Shown: positions 38,186 through 48,930, counted from the first letter of the stretch. The stretch is 64,000 nucleotides of DNA from Candidatus Latescibacterota bacterium (GCA_965116875.1 OZ220733.1:3680001-3744000); one strand, 5' to 3'. Notes: generated by a model from the sequence alone, not told the origin. Made by a program: numbers and translations.

Positions 38186-38420
38186 ACCTGAATCGAAGGA
38201 CGGAATTTATAGAAATCACCCTTCGCTGTCAAGTCAATCATCACAAAAACAGTGGATTGGGACGCGGCATGTTTCACGGGAATAAGCTTGACATTTCCGA
38301 GTGATTTTTGTTAATTTTGTAGTCTTGAAATTCCTCTGATTGCCGGTTTTCTGAACGACGATTTCGCCTGACTCGAGAATAGGGAATGCCCGTCACGTGA
38401 ACCGTCTTGTTCCTTCAGGT

Positions 38421-38497
38421 GGGCGATTAGCTCAGATGGTTAGAGCGCTGGTTTCACATACCAGAGGTCACTGGTTCGAGTCCAGTATCGCCCACCA
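38421..38497 (+). tRNA. tRNA-Val(CAC)
   Basis: GGGCGAT acceptor stem, CTGGT-TTCACAT-ACCAG anticodon arm, GGTTCGAG T-loop, CCA end. Confidence 0.97.
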
Positions 38498-38560
38498 CAA
38501 TCCGAAAAGCGAGGTGGCCTGGGCCTGTCCGCAGGTGGACCGGTACGGTCGGCAAACGTC

Positions 38561-38598
38561 AGGGTGCATCCTTTGATCGGATGCGCCCTTCTTTTTTG
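38561..38598 (+). terminator. Terminator-like hairpin after tRNA-Val
   Basis: AGGGTGCATCC...GGATGCGCCCT followed by TCTTTTTT. Confidence 0.6.
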
Positions 38599-38608
38599 GA
38601 GAGCCTGT

Positions 38609-39322
38609 ATGAAAGACAGCCTGTTTAAACTTTTGAACCTGCAGCGAATCGATACGGAACTGGACAAGCTCAAAAAGGTACAGACGGATTATCCCGAAGC
38701 AATCTCCGATTTGCGGGAAAAGCTGGAAACCGCGAAACAGGCGGTTGACGAAAAGAAGCAGCAGGCGCTCGATCTGGAGAAGAACCGCCGCCAGTTGGAG
38801 GGTGAGCTCGAGACCATACAGGCGGACCTGAAGAAGCACCAGGACCGCCTCTACGAAGTCAAGACAAACCGCGAGTACGATGCATTGCAGATAGAGATCG
38901 AAGTCCTGAGGACCCGGGCCGACGAGAACGAAACGATCATCCTCGAGGGAATCGAGCAACACGATGAGCTGAAGACCATGCTGGAGGAAGAGGAGCGTGC
39001 ATACGAGGCGCTTCAAGCCGATTATCTGGGTCAGATTCAGGAACTGCAGAATCGGCTGGATCTGGTGGACGGGGAGGCCAGCGGCTGGCGTGAAGAACGT
39101 ACGGTTGCGGAAGAACTGGTTGACAGACCGGTCCTGTCCAACTACGACCGCATCCGCCGCGTCGTAAAGGACGGCATTGCCGTGGTGCCGATCGGCAAGG
39201 GGTCCTGCGGCGGATGTTTCAGGCAGTTGCCACCCCAGCGGCGCGTGGAAGTCAGGCGCCAGGACCGGATTATCCGCTGCGAAAACTGCGGCCGGATCCT
39301 GGTCTGGCGGGAAGAGGCCTGA
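38609..39322 (+). CDS. Coiled-coil C4 zinc-ribbon protein (zf-RING_7/DUF164)
   Basis: LLNLQRID, KTNREYDAL, CGGC...CENCGRIL. Confidence 0.92.
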   Translation: MKDSLFKLLNLQRIDTELDKLKKVQTDYPEAISDLREKLETAKQAVDEKKQQALDLEKNRRQLEGELETIQADLKKHQDRLYEVKTNREYDALQIEIEVLRTRADENETIILEGIEQHDELKTMLEEEERAYEALQADYLGQIQELQNRLDLVDGEASGWREERTVAEELVDRPVLSNYDRIRRVVKDGIAVVPIGKGSCGGCFRQLPPQRRVEVRRQDRIIRCENCGRILVWREEA

Positions 39323-39323
39323 C

Positions 39324-39746
39324 GTGGCCGATAACGAAGCGATAACGGTCTACGTAGACGGCGCGGCGAAGGGCAATCCCGGTCCGGCGGGCATCGGCGT
39401 GCGGTTGGAACTCAAAGGCGTGGTTCTGTCGGAACATTCGGAATACATCGGCAAGGCCACCAACAACGTCGCGGAATACAAGGCGCTCATCTACGGATTG
39501 GAAATCGCCCGAAGATATCGCATAACACGTGTCAGCGTCATATCGGACAGCGAACTGATGGTCCGGCAGTTGAACGGCAAATATAAGGTCAAGAACGAGA
39601 AACTGTTGCCGCTGTACACATTCGTCCGTGAACTCGCGGACACGTTTGAGGAATTCCGGATTCGCCACGTCTCGCGGACGGAGAACCAGCACGCGGACCG
39701 CCTCGCGAATCAGGGAATCAAGGACGGTTTGAAACGCAAATCGTGA
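39324..39746 (+). CDS. rnhA: Ribonuclease HI
   Basis: VDGAAKGNPG, TNNVAEY, DSELMVRQ, NQHADRLAN. Confidence 0.93.
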   Translation: MADNEAITVYVDGAAKGNPGPAGIGVRLELKGVVLSEHSEYIGKATNNVAEYKALIYGLEIARRYRITRVSVISDSELMVRQLNGKYKVKNEKLLPLYTFVRELADTFEEFRIRHVSRTENQHADRLANQGIKDGLKRKS

Positions 39747-39774
39747 GCCGTCTCCGGTTCACGAGCCGAGATAT

Positions 39775-40169
39775 AGGCAAGCGGGCCGGATGGCCGCGCC
39801 CGTATCAGTCCGCTGGTATGGGTGAGGAAAGTCCGAGCTCCACAGGGCAGGATGCTGGGTAACTCCCAGTCGGGGCAACCCGAAGGAAAGTGCCACAGAG
39901 AACAGACCGCCAGCGGGCGAAACCACGGTTTCGTTGCGGGCAAGGGTGAAACGGCGGGGTAAGAGCCCACCGCGTTCCCGGAGACGGGAGCGGCACGGTA
40001 AACCCCATCCGGAGCAAGGCCAAATAGGAGCGGAGAGGCGGCCCGTCTCGTGATCACGCTCGGGTAGGCTGCGTTGAGGCGCCGGGCAACCGGCGTCCCA
40101 GATAAATGGCCATCCGTCCGGCGCGTTTCGCGCCGGACGACAGAACTCGGCTTACAGGCCCGCTTGCCT
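39775..40169 (+). ncRNA. rnpB: RNase P RNA (type A)
   Basis: GAGGAAAGTCCGAGCTCC, AGTGCCACAGA, ACAGAACTCGGCTTA; ends pair as P1 (AGGCAAGCGGGCC / GGCCCGCTTGCCT). Confidence 0.97.
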
Positions 40170-40197
40170 GAATTTCAGTCCCGTACGGGAGCGACGG

Positions 40198-41022
40198 TTG
40201 AGTTTTCTCGAGAAATATCGCCGCGCCGCAAACGCTCGGAACAGCCTGCTATGCGTGGGCCTGGATCCCGATCCGGAGCGAGTGCCCGTCCACCTCAGAG
40301 GGACCGGCGATCCGGTGTCATCCTTTCTCAAGGACGTCGTCTCGGCCACGAGCGACCTTGTCTGCGCCTACAAACCCAACTTCGCGTTTTTCGGCGCGCT
40401 GGGCGCGGCCGGGTGGAGGAGCCTCGAGGACGTTCTCGGCGCCATTCCGGATGACACACCCGTTGTACTCGACTTCAAAGCCAACGACATCGGCAACAGC
40501 GCACGCCGATACGCGCAGATGGCATACGATGTGCTGGGCGCGGACGCGGTCACCGCGAATCCGCTCATGGGCACGGACGCGGTGGCCCCCTTTCTGGAAT
40601 ACCCGGACGGCTGCGCATTCCTGCTCTGTCTCACGTCCAACCCGGGCTCGGCGGACTTCCAGCGGCTCTCCACGAAGGAAGGTCCATTCTATCAACATGT
40701 TGCCAGGAAAGCGGTGGAATGGTCCGATACGGGTCCGTGCGGCCTGGTGGTCGGCGCAACTCACGCTCGTGAACTCGCGACGGTCAGGAGAATCGCGCCG
40801 GGACTTCCTTTCCTGGTCCCCGGCGTGGGCGCCCAGATGGGCGATCCCGCCGACGTAATCCGCTACGGCTGTGACGGGAACGGCGGGGGGCTGCTTGTCA
40901 ACGCGTCAAGGAACGTACTCTACGCCTCCTCCGGCCGGGACTTCGCCGATGCCGCACGGCGCGCCGCCGAATCGCTTCGCGCCGAACTGGAACGGGAGCG
41001 TGCCGCTTCGTTGAACACATAA
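40198..41022 (+). CDS. pyrF: Orotidine-5'-phosphate decarboxylase
   Basis: LCVGLDP, DFKANDIGNS, LTSNPG, VVGAT, PGVGAQ; TTG start. Confidence 0.95.
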   Translation: MSFLEKYRRAANARNSLLCVGLDPDPERVPVHLRGTGDPVSSFLKDVVSATSDLVCAYKPNFAFFGALGAAGWRSLEDVLGAIPDDTPVVLDFKANDIGNSARRYAQMAYDVLGADAVTANPLMGTDAVAPFLEYPDGCAFLLCLTSNPGSADFQRLSTKEGPFYQHVARKAVEWSDTGPCGLVVGATHARELATVRRIAPGLPFLVPGVGAQMGDPADVIRYGCDGNGGGLLVNASRNVLYASSGRDFADAARRAAESLRAELERERAASLNT

Positions 41023-41092
41023 TAGCAGCCCGGATGGACTTTTTCAACGGGCTGATAGGACGAAGGCCTCTTCGATTTCGGGAGACATTGTG

Positions 41093-41908
41093 ATGGCGTC
41101 CGGGAAATTAACCGGTGAGCAGAAACAACAGTGGGCCATTGACGGATATATCCTGCTCAAAGGTGTCCTCTCCGCCGAGGAGTCCGGAGAGCTGAGGCGT
41201 GAGGTGGACCGGCTGCACAGGCGATTTGTCCTCAACAAGGCTGACGCAGACCTCAAATCGGGTCTGGACCGAAGAAACATCCTGCCGGACAGCGACGCCT
41301 TTATCCATCTGATGGACCATCCTGCCGTGTTCGACGTCATTCTGCAACTGATGGGCCCGTATATCCAGCTGAGCATGGCCGAAGCGGTTGTGCGACCACC
41401 CAATCCGGGCTATAAGGGATTCATCCATACGGACGGAGGCCAGGCCCTGCGGCACATCCGCGTGACCGAAACGAGCTGGCCGCTTCAGATCAAAATACAG
41501 TACTTTCTCACTGACGTCGGCAAGCCCGACCGCGGCAACTTCACCGTTTTTCCGGGCAGCCACCTGCGACCGTATCCGGAGGGCGACACGCCCATAACGG
41601 CGCAGACGCCGGGCGCCGTGCAACTTTGCGCAAAAGCCGGAGACGCGGCTGTCTTTTCCCATGCGCTGTGGCACGGCGTTTCCACCAACCTCTCGAGACG
41701 GTCCCGGAAGACCCTCATCTACTGTTACAGCCAGCAGTGTTTCCGGACCTTTGACTTTAACGGCCATGCTCCGGAAGTTCTGGCGAAATGCACCCCCAGA
41801 CAGCGCCGCCTCCTGGGAGACCTGGGCGGAGACTGGCGCCCGGGCGCCTACTTCTACAGTCCGGAAGACCAGGTTGAGATCATCGAACAGAGGTCTGAAG
41901 TCGCCTGA
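41093..41908 (+). CDS. Phytanoyl-CoA dioxygenase family Fe(II)/2OG enzyme
   Basis: HTD, PGSH, AGD, LWHG. Confidence 0.9.
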   Translation: MASGKLTGEQKQQWAIDGYILLKGVLSAEESGELRREVDRLHRRFVLNKADADLKSGLDRRNILPDSDAFIHLMDHPAVFDVILQLMGPYIQLSMAEAVVRPPNPGYKGFIHTDGGQALRHIRVTETSWPLQIKIQYFLTDVGKPDRGNFTVFPGSHLRPYPEGDTPITAQTPGAVQLCAKAGDAAVFSHALWHGVSTNLSRRSRKTLIYCYSQQCFRTFDFNGHAPEVLAKCTPRQRRLLGDLGGDWRPGAYFYSPEDQVEIIEQRSEVA

Positions 41909-42098
41909 ACGTCATTCCGCGCGCGTGTTCCGCAACCGCACCGTCTCCCGCCCGCTTCGTTCCGTAATCTCCGCTTCAAAGCCGGTCTTCAGCAGTGCAC
42001 GCGTCCGATCGTATCGCGGCCGGATCGCGGCGCCTCAAGCCCTGATAGCCAGATCCTCCGCGCCATCCGTGACCGCCAGCCGATAGAGATGAGCAGAG

Positions 42099-44006
42099 AT
42101 GCCGTTGATACAACTCGAAAGCGTCCATAAGGCGTATGGGGCCAGCACGGTGCTGAACGGTCTGACCTGGGAGATCGAAGCGGGCGCCCGCATCGGACTG
42201 GTCGGGCGCAATGGATGCGGCAAGACGACGCTCTTCCACCTCATGACCGGGCGCCTGCAACCGGACCGTGGACGGATCCACAAGCGGCGGAATCTGAACG
42301 TGGGATACCTCGCGCAGGATCCCGAACTGGAGGAAGGTTCCGTCGTTCTGGCCACCGTACTCGACGCGTTTTCCGATCTGCTGGACCTGCAGCGGCGGAT
42401 GGGCGACCTGGAAGACCGGCTGGCCGAAAGCCGGGAACAACCGGGCCTCCTGGAAGAATACGGACGCCTCCAGAACAGCTATGAAGCCCGCCGCGGCTAC
42501 GAGGTAGAAGCCCGTGCAAAGGCCATCCTGCACGGGCTGGGTTTCGTCCGGTCGGATTTTGAGACCCCGGTTTCGCTGCTCAGCGGTGGACAGAAGAACC
42601 GCCTCGCCCTCGCGCGTCTGCTGGTACGGGAACCGGACCTGCTTCTGCTGGACGAACCCACCAATCACCTGGACCTCGAGGCCATCGAATGGCTGGAAGG
42701 GTTCCTGCCCGTGTTCGATGGCGCCTGCGTAGTCGTCTCCCACGACAGGTATTTTCTGGACCGTACCATCGACCGGATCGTCGAACTCGAGAACGGAGAC
42801 CTTGCCGGGTACGCGGGCAATTACAGCTTCTATGCCGCCGAACGACAGGAGCGCATCGCAAGGCGTATCAAAGCCTTTGAGCGCCAGCAGGAACACATCC
42901 GCAGGACCGAAGATTTCATCAAACGCAATATCGCAGGCCAGAAGACCAAACAGGCCCAGAGCCGCAGAAAGGCGCTCGAGAAACTGGAAAGACTCGACCG
43001 TCCAGTGCGGGACAGGGAGTTCCGGTTGGAATTCACTGCCGGTGCGCGGGGCGGCAACAGGGTCGCGGAACTCGAGCGGATATCGAAAGCCTATGGAGAG
43101 ACGGTCCTGTTTCGAAATCTGGACCTGCTTGTACGGCGGGGCGATCGTCTGGGCATAATCGGACCCAACGGATCGGGAAAATCCACGCTGCTGAAGCTGC
43201 TCGCCGGCCGTGTCGCGCCAGACAGCGGGACCGTCAAGACCGGTTCGAACGTCCAGGTGGGGTATTTCGACCAGCACCGGGAAGAACTCGATCCCGGCCG
43301 TTCACTGCAGGAGGAAATCTGGGCGGTCACACCGGATGCGCCGGCGGGGGAGATTCGCGACGTTCTGGGCGCATTCCTCTTTTCGGGCGACGACGCGGAG
43401 CGCAGAATCGGCAGCCTCAGCGGAGGCGAGAAGAGCAGGGTGGCCCTCGCCAGGCTCATGAGGTCCGAAACCAATCTCCTGGTTCTGGACGAACCCACCA
43501 ATCACCTGGATATTCCGTCCCGCGACGTTTTGGAGGATGCCCTTACGACCTACGACGGCACCCTTATCGCCGTCTCCCACGACCGCTATTTTCTGAACCT
43601 GCTGGTGGACCGGCTGCTCGTACTCGGGAATGGAAAGTGGGAGCTTGTAGAGGGCAATTACGAAACCTGGCAGCGCCGGCGGGCGTCTCGTGAGGAGCCG
43701 TCCGGTGCACGGTTACGGAAGAATGCCTCCCGGAAGGCCGCGTACGAACGCACCCGCGCGGACCGCAGGGCGCAGGACAGGCGCCGGCGTCGCCTGGAGG
43801 CCGTCGAAAAGGAGATTCAGGACCTCGAGGCGGAACTCGAACGCGCGGACGGTCAACTTGCAATGGACGACCGCGCGTCGGATTGGGAGCACCTTGAGTC
43901 CGTATCCGCTGAACGCCGTCGAATCCAGGCCCGGATCGAAGAACGCATCGAAGAGTGGGAAATGCTCGAGTCAGCCGAAACGGAGGGCGAGGAAAGGGAG
44001 TCATGA
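42099..44006 (+). CDS. ABC-F family ATPase
   Basis: Two NBDs (GRNGCGKT, GPNGSGKS), LDEPTNHLD twice, no TM helices. Confidence 0.95.
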   Translation: MPLIQLESVHKAYGASTVLNGLTWEIEAGARIGLVGRNGCGKTTLFHLMTGRLQPDRGRIHKRRNLNVGYLAQDPELEEGSVVLATVLDAFSDLLDLQRRMGDLEDRLAESREQPGLLEEYGRLQNSYEARRGYEVEARAKAILHGLGFVRSDFETPVSLLSGGQKNRLALARLLVREPDLLLLDEPTNHLDLEAIEWLEGFLPVFDGACVVVSHDRYFLDRTIDRIVELENGDLAGYAGNYSFYAAERQERIARRIKAFERQQEHIRRTEDFIKRNIAGQKTKQAQSRRKALEKLERLDRPVRDREFRLEFTAGARGGNRVAELERISKAYGETVLFRNLDLLVRRGDRLGIIGPNGSGKSTLLKLLAGRVAPDSGTVKTGSNVQVGYFDQHREELDPGRSLQEEIWAVTPDAPAGEIRDVLGAFLFSGDDAERRIGSLSGGEKSRVALARLMRSETNLLVLDEPTNHLDIPSRDVLEDALTTYDGTLIAVSHDRYFLNLLVDRLLVLGNGKWELVEGNYETWQRRRASREEPSGARLRKNASRKAAYERTRADRRAQDRRRRRLEAVEKEIQDLEAELERADGQLAMDDRASDWEHLESVSAERRRIQARIEERIEEWEMLESAETEGEERES

Positions 44007-46051
44007 CCGATCGATCCCTTCTGGCGCCCGCGGAATTTGAATTTGTGGTGCTGGGCGATACGCACTACATGCTCGATCCCGGCGACCGGGCGCTTGAATT
44101 CGAGTCCCGCCGTAGGCAGACCGCCAGGGCGGATGCAGCCCTCAGGCTTGCGGCATCTCTGTGTCCTGACTTCATCGTGCACATGGGCGACGTGGTCCAG
44201 GAATACCCTGAAACGGGGCGTCATGCGGAGGCATTGGATAGAGCGAAGACGCAATTGACGGGGCTGGGCGTGGAAGTCTTCCACGTTGCCGGCAACCACG
44301 ACGTGGGCGACAAGCCCGATCCCACCATGCCCACCCGGCCCGTCACGTTGGAGTCCCTTGAGCGGTACCGGTCCGGTTTCGGGCCCTCCTGGTACAGCTT
44401 CGACCGCAGGGGCTGTCACTTCATCGTGATCAACTCCCAGATTCTGAACACCGATCTGCCGGAATCCAAATCTCAGCAGGACTGGCTCGAGAGGGATCTG
44501 GCGCTCCACGGGCGGCAACGCATTTTCCTGTTTCTCCACCTGCCGCTGTTCCTGGAACACCCGGATGAACCCCACGTTGGCAACTACGATAATATCGGCC
44601 AGCCCGATCGGGCCTGGATACTCGACCTGGTCCGCAGGCACAGGGTGGAAGCCGTCTGTGCCGCGCACGTCCACTTCGCGTTCCTCAATACGTTCGGACC
44701 GACTCGAATATACAACATCCCGTCGACCTCCTTCGTTCGCCCCGGCTTCAGCCATCTGTTTACAGGACCCTCCCCGCCTGAGCGGGGCAGGGACGACGCG
44801 CCCAAACTCGGCTTCTATCTGTTTCGCGTCTTTCCTGACCGGACCGACGTACACTTCATCCGGACCGGAGGCGCGGTCACCCTGGAGGAAGAGACCCACA
44901 GCGCGCCGAAACGCCTGCTTACCCGGACTTCCCCGGGTTTGCCCGCTTCTCCACTGGGGTTGACCCTGCTGCATCCTCTCGCGACCCGCACCGAGATTCC
45001 AATCGCCTTCCCGAGTGTCGTCCGGCAGCGCGTGCGCAACGACTATCCGCTGCTTGCCGGCCTGGAACTGGGCGCAACCGCCGTCCGACTCCCGGTCGTC
45101 GATCTTGACGACCCGTTTCAGCGGGAGCGTCTGCGGCTCCTTCGCGAGGAAGGGCTGCGGATCACGGCGATGGCGCCCGCGTCAGGCACGCCCGACCTTT
45201 CGGAGTACGTCCGCCGGTATTCGGAATGCGTGGACACGTGGGAAATCCAGTTACCCGGATCCCTCCTGCCATCCCGCGACCTCGGGCGTGAACTCGCCGA
45301 AACGGGGAGGAAAACCTCCGCGCGTTTCGCGCTTGCACCCATTCTCCCCGGAGAAACCCTTCCCGGCAAGCAGCACCCCCGCACCCGAATCGGATACCTT
45401 CCCGGCGAACTGCAGGAGCTGAGCCGCTCTCTGGCGGAAAGGGACGTTGCCGTAGACCGGGTCCTGTGCCGCGTTGACGAGAGCGAACCCTGGAATACGG
45501 TTCGAGAGCTCGTGGACGCGGGCGCACTCAGCCACGTCGGCGCCGTGGATCTCGCCGTGGCTTTCACGTCTTGTGACGACGTGCGGAACGCCAATTGCGC
45601 GGCCGAAGCCCTGTTCGCCGCCGCCGGTTTCGCTGGCGCCAGAGTCTGCTTCGAGCCTCTGATCGACCTGGACCGGACGCTGGACGCCGCCCACGGGCTC
45701 CTGGACACGTCGTGCAACCCTCGCCCGGCCTTTCACGTGCTGCGGACGCTGAATACGGTGCTATTTCACGAGCCGGATCCCCGTGCGGTTCCGGGCCGAC
45801 TCGAACGGCGGGGGGCCGCGATCCGTACCCTTGCCGGTCCGTCCGGGTTGCGTGCGCTGATCACTTCACGCAAGCGTGGGCTGCCGGACCTCCGCGGGCT
45901 CACGTTTCCCGAGGTTTCACCGGACGCGCCGTCCCGGCTCTATCTCCTCGCAGAAGGATATGTTCAGAAGGGACCGTTAGACCGCCTCCTTCGGTACGCG
46001 AGCGGTCTGTCGCCGCCGGTACTCCTGACATCCATGCTTCCGAAGGGTTGA
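44003..46051 (+). CDS. Metallophosphoesterase with a long C-terminal domain
   Basis: GDTH, GDVV, GNHD, HLP, AHVH. Confidence 0.85.
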   Translation: MTDRSLLAPAEFEFVVLGDTHYMLDPGDRALEFESRRRQTARADAALRLAASLCPDFIVHMGDVVQEYPETGRHAEALDRAKTQLTGLGVEVFHVAGNHDVGDKPDPTMPTRPVTLESLERYRSGFGPSWYSFDRRGCHFIVINSQILNTDLPESKSQQDWLERDLALHGRQRIFLFLHLPLFLEHPDEPHVGNYDNIGQPDRAWILDLVRRHRVEAVCAAHVHFAFLNTFGPTRIYNIPSTSFVRPGFSHLFTGPSPPERGRDDAPKLGFYLFRVFPDRTDVHFIRTGGAVTLEEETHSAPKRLLTRTSPGLPASPLGLTLLHPLATRTEIPIAFPSVVRQRVRNDYPLLAGLELGATAVRLPVVDLDDPFQRERLRLLREEGLRITAMAPASGTPDLSEYVRRYSECVDTWEIQLPGSLLPSRDLGRELAETGRKTSARFALAPILPGETLPGKQHPRTRIGYLPGELQELSRSLAERDVAVDRVLCRVDESEPWNTVRELVDAGALSHVGAVDLAVAFTSCDDVRNANCAAEALFAAAGFAGARVCFEPLIDLDRTLDAAHGLLDTSCNPRPAFHVLRTLNTVLFHEPDPRAVPGRLERRGAAIRTLAGPSGLRALITSRKRGLPDLRGLTFPEVSPDAPSRLYLLAEGYVQKGPLDRLLRYASGLSPPVLLTSMLPKG

Positions 46052-46159
46052 CATCTTCCCTCATTCTATAGATCTTTCTGGCGCAACGGGTCTGTAGATT
46101 CCGGTTTTGCCTGAATGCCCGATCTTCAGGACGATGACAAAACGACAAGGACTCGCCCG

Positions 46160-46957
46160 ATGTCGAAAACCCTGCGCGTATGCCTGGCCGCCCTGAAGCA
46201 GCGACCCTCCGTTTCTGAAGGTGTGGAAAAGCTGGTTTCCGTCCTCCGCGAGTGCCGCGAACGGAAGGTGGATATCGCCTGCACGCCGGAGACGTACCTG
46301 CCCGGACTCAGAGGCGCGACTTTCGATCTGCCGGATCCGGACCAGCCGGCGATGGAGCGGGCATTAAAGGACCTCCGTGCAGCCTGCCGGGAGACCGGCG
46401 TCGCCATCATCGCGGGGATGGAGTGGCGATCCGAACTCGGCCTCGAAAACAGGGCGTTCGTCATCTCGCCGGCGGGCCGGGTGCTCGGCTACCAGACCAA
46501 GAACCAGATCACCCCGGGCGGGGAGTCGGAGAATTACGTGCCGGACGGGCGGCGAAGGGTGTTCAACGTAAAGGGTGTCACGTTCGGAATCACGATCTGC
46601 CACGAGGGCTGGCGCTACCCGGAGACCGTGCGGTGGCCCGCCCTCCGGGGCGCGCAGGTTGTCTTCCAGCCCCAGGTCACGGGCAGCGACGAAGGGGGAC
46701 GGAATCCCATGAAGTGGGGCGAGTCCTTCTACGAGAAGGCCATGCAGTGTCGCGCTGGGGAGAACAATATCTACTTTGCCAGCGTCAACCAGGCAATGAG
46801 AGGTCAGAACTCAGCCACCAGCCTGATCGACCCGCAGGGCGATCTCATCCAATACGTCCCGTGCGGTAAGGAAGACCTGCTCATTGCGGACCTGGACATG
46901 GAGAAAGCCACCCGGTTCTACACCAGCCGGTACCGGTCCGAACTCTACCCTGCGTAG
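46160..46957 (+). CDS. Carbon-nitrogen hydrolase (nitrilase family)
   Basis: E-K-C triad: TPETY, QTKNQ, ICHEGW. Confidence 0.9.
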   Translation: MSKTLRVCLAALKQRPSVSEGVEKLVSVLRECRERKVDIACTPETYLPGLRGATFDLPDPDQPAMERALKDLRAACRETGVAIIAGMEWRSELGLENRAFVISPAGRVLGYQTKNQITPGGESENYVPDGRRRVFNVKGVTFGITICHEGWRYPETVRWPALRGAQVVFQPQVTGSDEGGRNPMKWGESFYEKAMQCRAGENNIYFASVNQAMRGQNSATSLIDPQGDLIQYVPCGKEDLLIADLDMEKATRFYTSRYRSELYPA

Positions 46958-47004
46958 TTAACCTCAAATTAGAAAAAAGATACCGGCAAATTGGCCACAA
47001 AGAG

Positions 47005-47227
47005 CCTGAATGCGGGTAGACGGTAGAGGTGAAAAAATAGGGTAGACGCAAGACGAAAGACGGGAGAAGGTATCTTTGCCCGATACAATATTCCTTCTTG
47101 CCTCCGGCATAAAAGGAATCCTCGCAAGGCAGGCAATCTCTCCCGTCTAACGTCTTCCTTCTTACCAGGTGGTAGGGTGGGGTGTGGTCCTCTACCCTCT
47201 TCCGTCTCACGTCACGCTGCTTCCAGG
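47005..47227 (+). repeat. MITE-like dispersed element, copy C
   Basis: CCTGAATGCGG...TTGCCTCCGGCATAAAA...ATCTCTCCCGTCT...GCTTCCAGG. Confidence 0.7.
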
Positions 47228-47370
47228 GCGCCGCGGGGAGGGGTCCCGTTCACGTCCAGTGACCCAAAGCATCCTTGAACTCCGACATAGACTCGACTTT
47301 GTTCTTCTGTATAAACTCGATCTGCGGTCCCCGACAATTGACGATTCAAGGTAATTTCGGAGGAATATTT

Positions 47371-48699
47371 ATGCTCAGACTCGCGCTCGTTTTTTTCTGC
47401 GTCTGTTTCGCGTTTAGCGGCAGTACAGCGGCACAGGAGACGTCAGGGGCCGATTTCGACGAAGACGGCGAGGTCGGCTTCTCGGATTTCCTCATCTTCG
47501 CCCGTGGTTTCGGCAGGTCGGCCCAGGACGCGGACTTCAACGTCCGGCTGGACCTGAACGGCAACGGAGAAGTCGACTTCCAGGACTTCGTGCTCTTCGC
47601 GCGGCAGTTCGGCGGCTCCACGCCTCCCGAGGACGTGGATAAGGAGCCGTTCTATCCGGCTCGGATCTATATTGTGGACTTTTGGTCAGACAGAGTCTTT
47701 GTAGTCGATGCAGAAACGAACTTTTACGATCCTGAACTTACGGTCGCCGTCAGTCAACCACGCAGCGTTTCCTACTCGTATCTCAACAGGCGTTTCTACG
47801 TCGTCGGACAGGATTCCTTCTACGCACTCTCAGAGTCAAGCGAGATTGACTACCGTCTGCCGCTTCTAGATCCGCCTGAATCGCCGGATTCCCGGCCACG
47901 TACACGTGGGGGCTCCCGCATTGCGCTTGCCCGGAATCACCGGCTTGCCTACATCACCGAAGACATTGCCAATCAGGTCGAAGTCATCGATCTCAAGAAT
48001 GCCGAATCCGTAGGCCTGATTCCACTTTACTTGCCTCCCAGCGGTATCGCCATATCTCAAGACGGAGGTGAACTGTATGTGGGCCATATCAATAGCCACT
48101 GGCTTTCGGTAGTCGACGCTTCCGCACAGGCGCTTGTGGACAGTATCCGGTTGGACGGAAGGGGAAGCGGTAGGATCGTGGTGTCCCCAGATGGCGACAG
48201 GATCTATACCGCAACCACCCAGGGCGGCGACGATCCGTCGGTACATATCGTGTCAATCGACCCTGAGACCAAAGAGGTCGCGAATGCGCTGGAGATTGCA
48301 CCGGATTCAACGACGAAGGTATGGGACCTCAAGCCGTCCAGAGACGGCAGTAAACTCTACGCAACCATAAGGCGGTTGTTTCTGGCGCCAGGGGAACAGG
48401 CGCGCTTCGTGTTAGAGGGTTATTTCTGGACTGTAGATTTGACCACTTTCAAATTAACGAGCGAAGTCCAGGTCCAAGGCGATGCAGTGAATTTCGGGGT
48501 TTCCCGTGACGACAATTCTGCATATGTCATCGTCGCCGACCCGTTTACCGGCGTGCTTCAACTCACGATCCTCGACCTGGAAAACAATGCGGTACTTGGC
48601 GCCGTTCCTGTGACATTTCTTTCGGCGTTCGACGTCAAGGCCTACGGCGGCAAGGCGGCGGTCGGTCACGCCGTCGTACCTGAGATATTTGTCTTCTGA
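47371..48699 (+). CDS. Secreted protein: EF-hand/dockerin-like module plus YVTN-type beta-propeller
   Basis: Signal peptide; DFDEDGEVGFSDF and DLNGNGEVDFQDF; repeated SPDG/SQDG/SRDG blades. Confidence 0.82.
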   Translation: MLRLALVFFCVCFAFSGSTAAQETSGADFDEDGEVGFSDFLIFARGFGRSAQDADFNVRLDLNGNGEVDFQDFVLFARQFGGSTPPEDVDKEPFYPARIYIVDFWSDRVFVVDAETNFYDPELTVAVSQPRSVSYSYLNRRFYVVGQDSFYALSESSEIDYRLPLLDPPESPDSRPRTRGGSRIALARNHRLAYITEDIANQVEVIDLKNAESVGLIPLYLPPSGIAISQDGGELYVGHINSHWLSVVDASAQALVDSIRLDGRGSGRIVVSPDGDRIYTATTQGGDDPSVHIVSIDPETKEVANALEIAPDSTTKVWDLKPSRDGSKLYATIRRLFLAPGEQARFVLEGYFWTVDLTTFKLTSEVQVQGDAVNFGVSRDDNSAYVIVADPFTGVLQLTILDLENNAVLGAVPVTFLSAFDVKAYGGKAAVGHAVVPEIFVF

Positions 48700-48845
48700 C
48701 CCAATGATCACGAGACCACGGAGTGACCTCGCAGTTGCCTGCGTCCGAATCCGCGATCGCGTTGAACCGCCCCGGTACGTTCAGTCTGCATGTTGCCGTT
48801 CATTGCGCTATGTGTCCAATTTGTGACTCTTGAAATGAAAAGCCC

Positions 48846-48874
48846 TTGCAGACCGGGCCGAATTCCCGTAAATT
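48846..48874 (+). promoter_or_regulatory. Sigma70-type promoter
   Basis: TTGCAG-17-TAAATT upstream of the dehydrogenase pair. Confidence 0.4.
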
Positions 48875-48930
48875 TCTATATAGAGCAAATTGGTATCTGA
48901 TGCGTCACCTATTGACGAGGAGCGAGGACA

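Noticed and set aside
38421-41022. tRNA / zinc-ribbon / rnhA / rnpB cluster as a novel RNA-processing system
   Set aside because: All parts are known housekeeping genes, and this gene order is familiar from other bacteria
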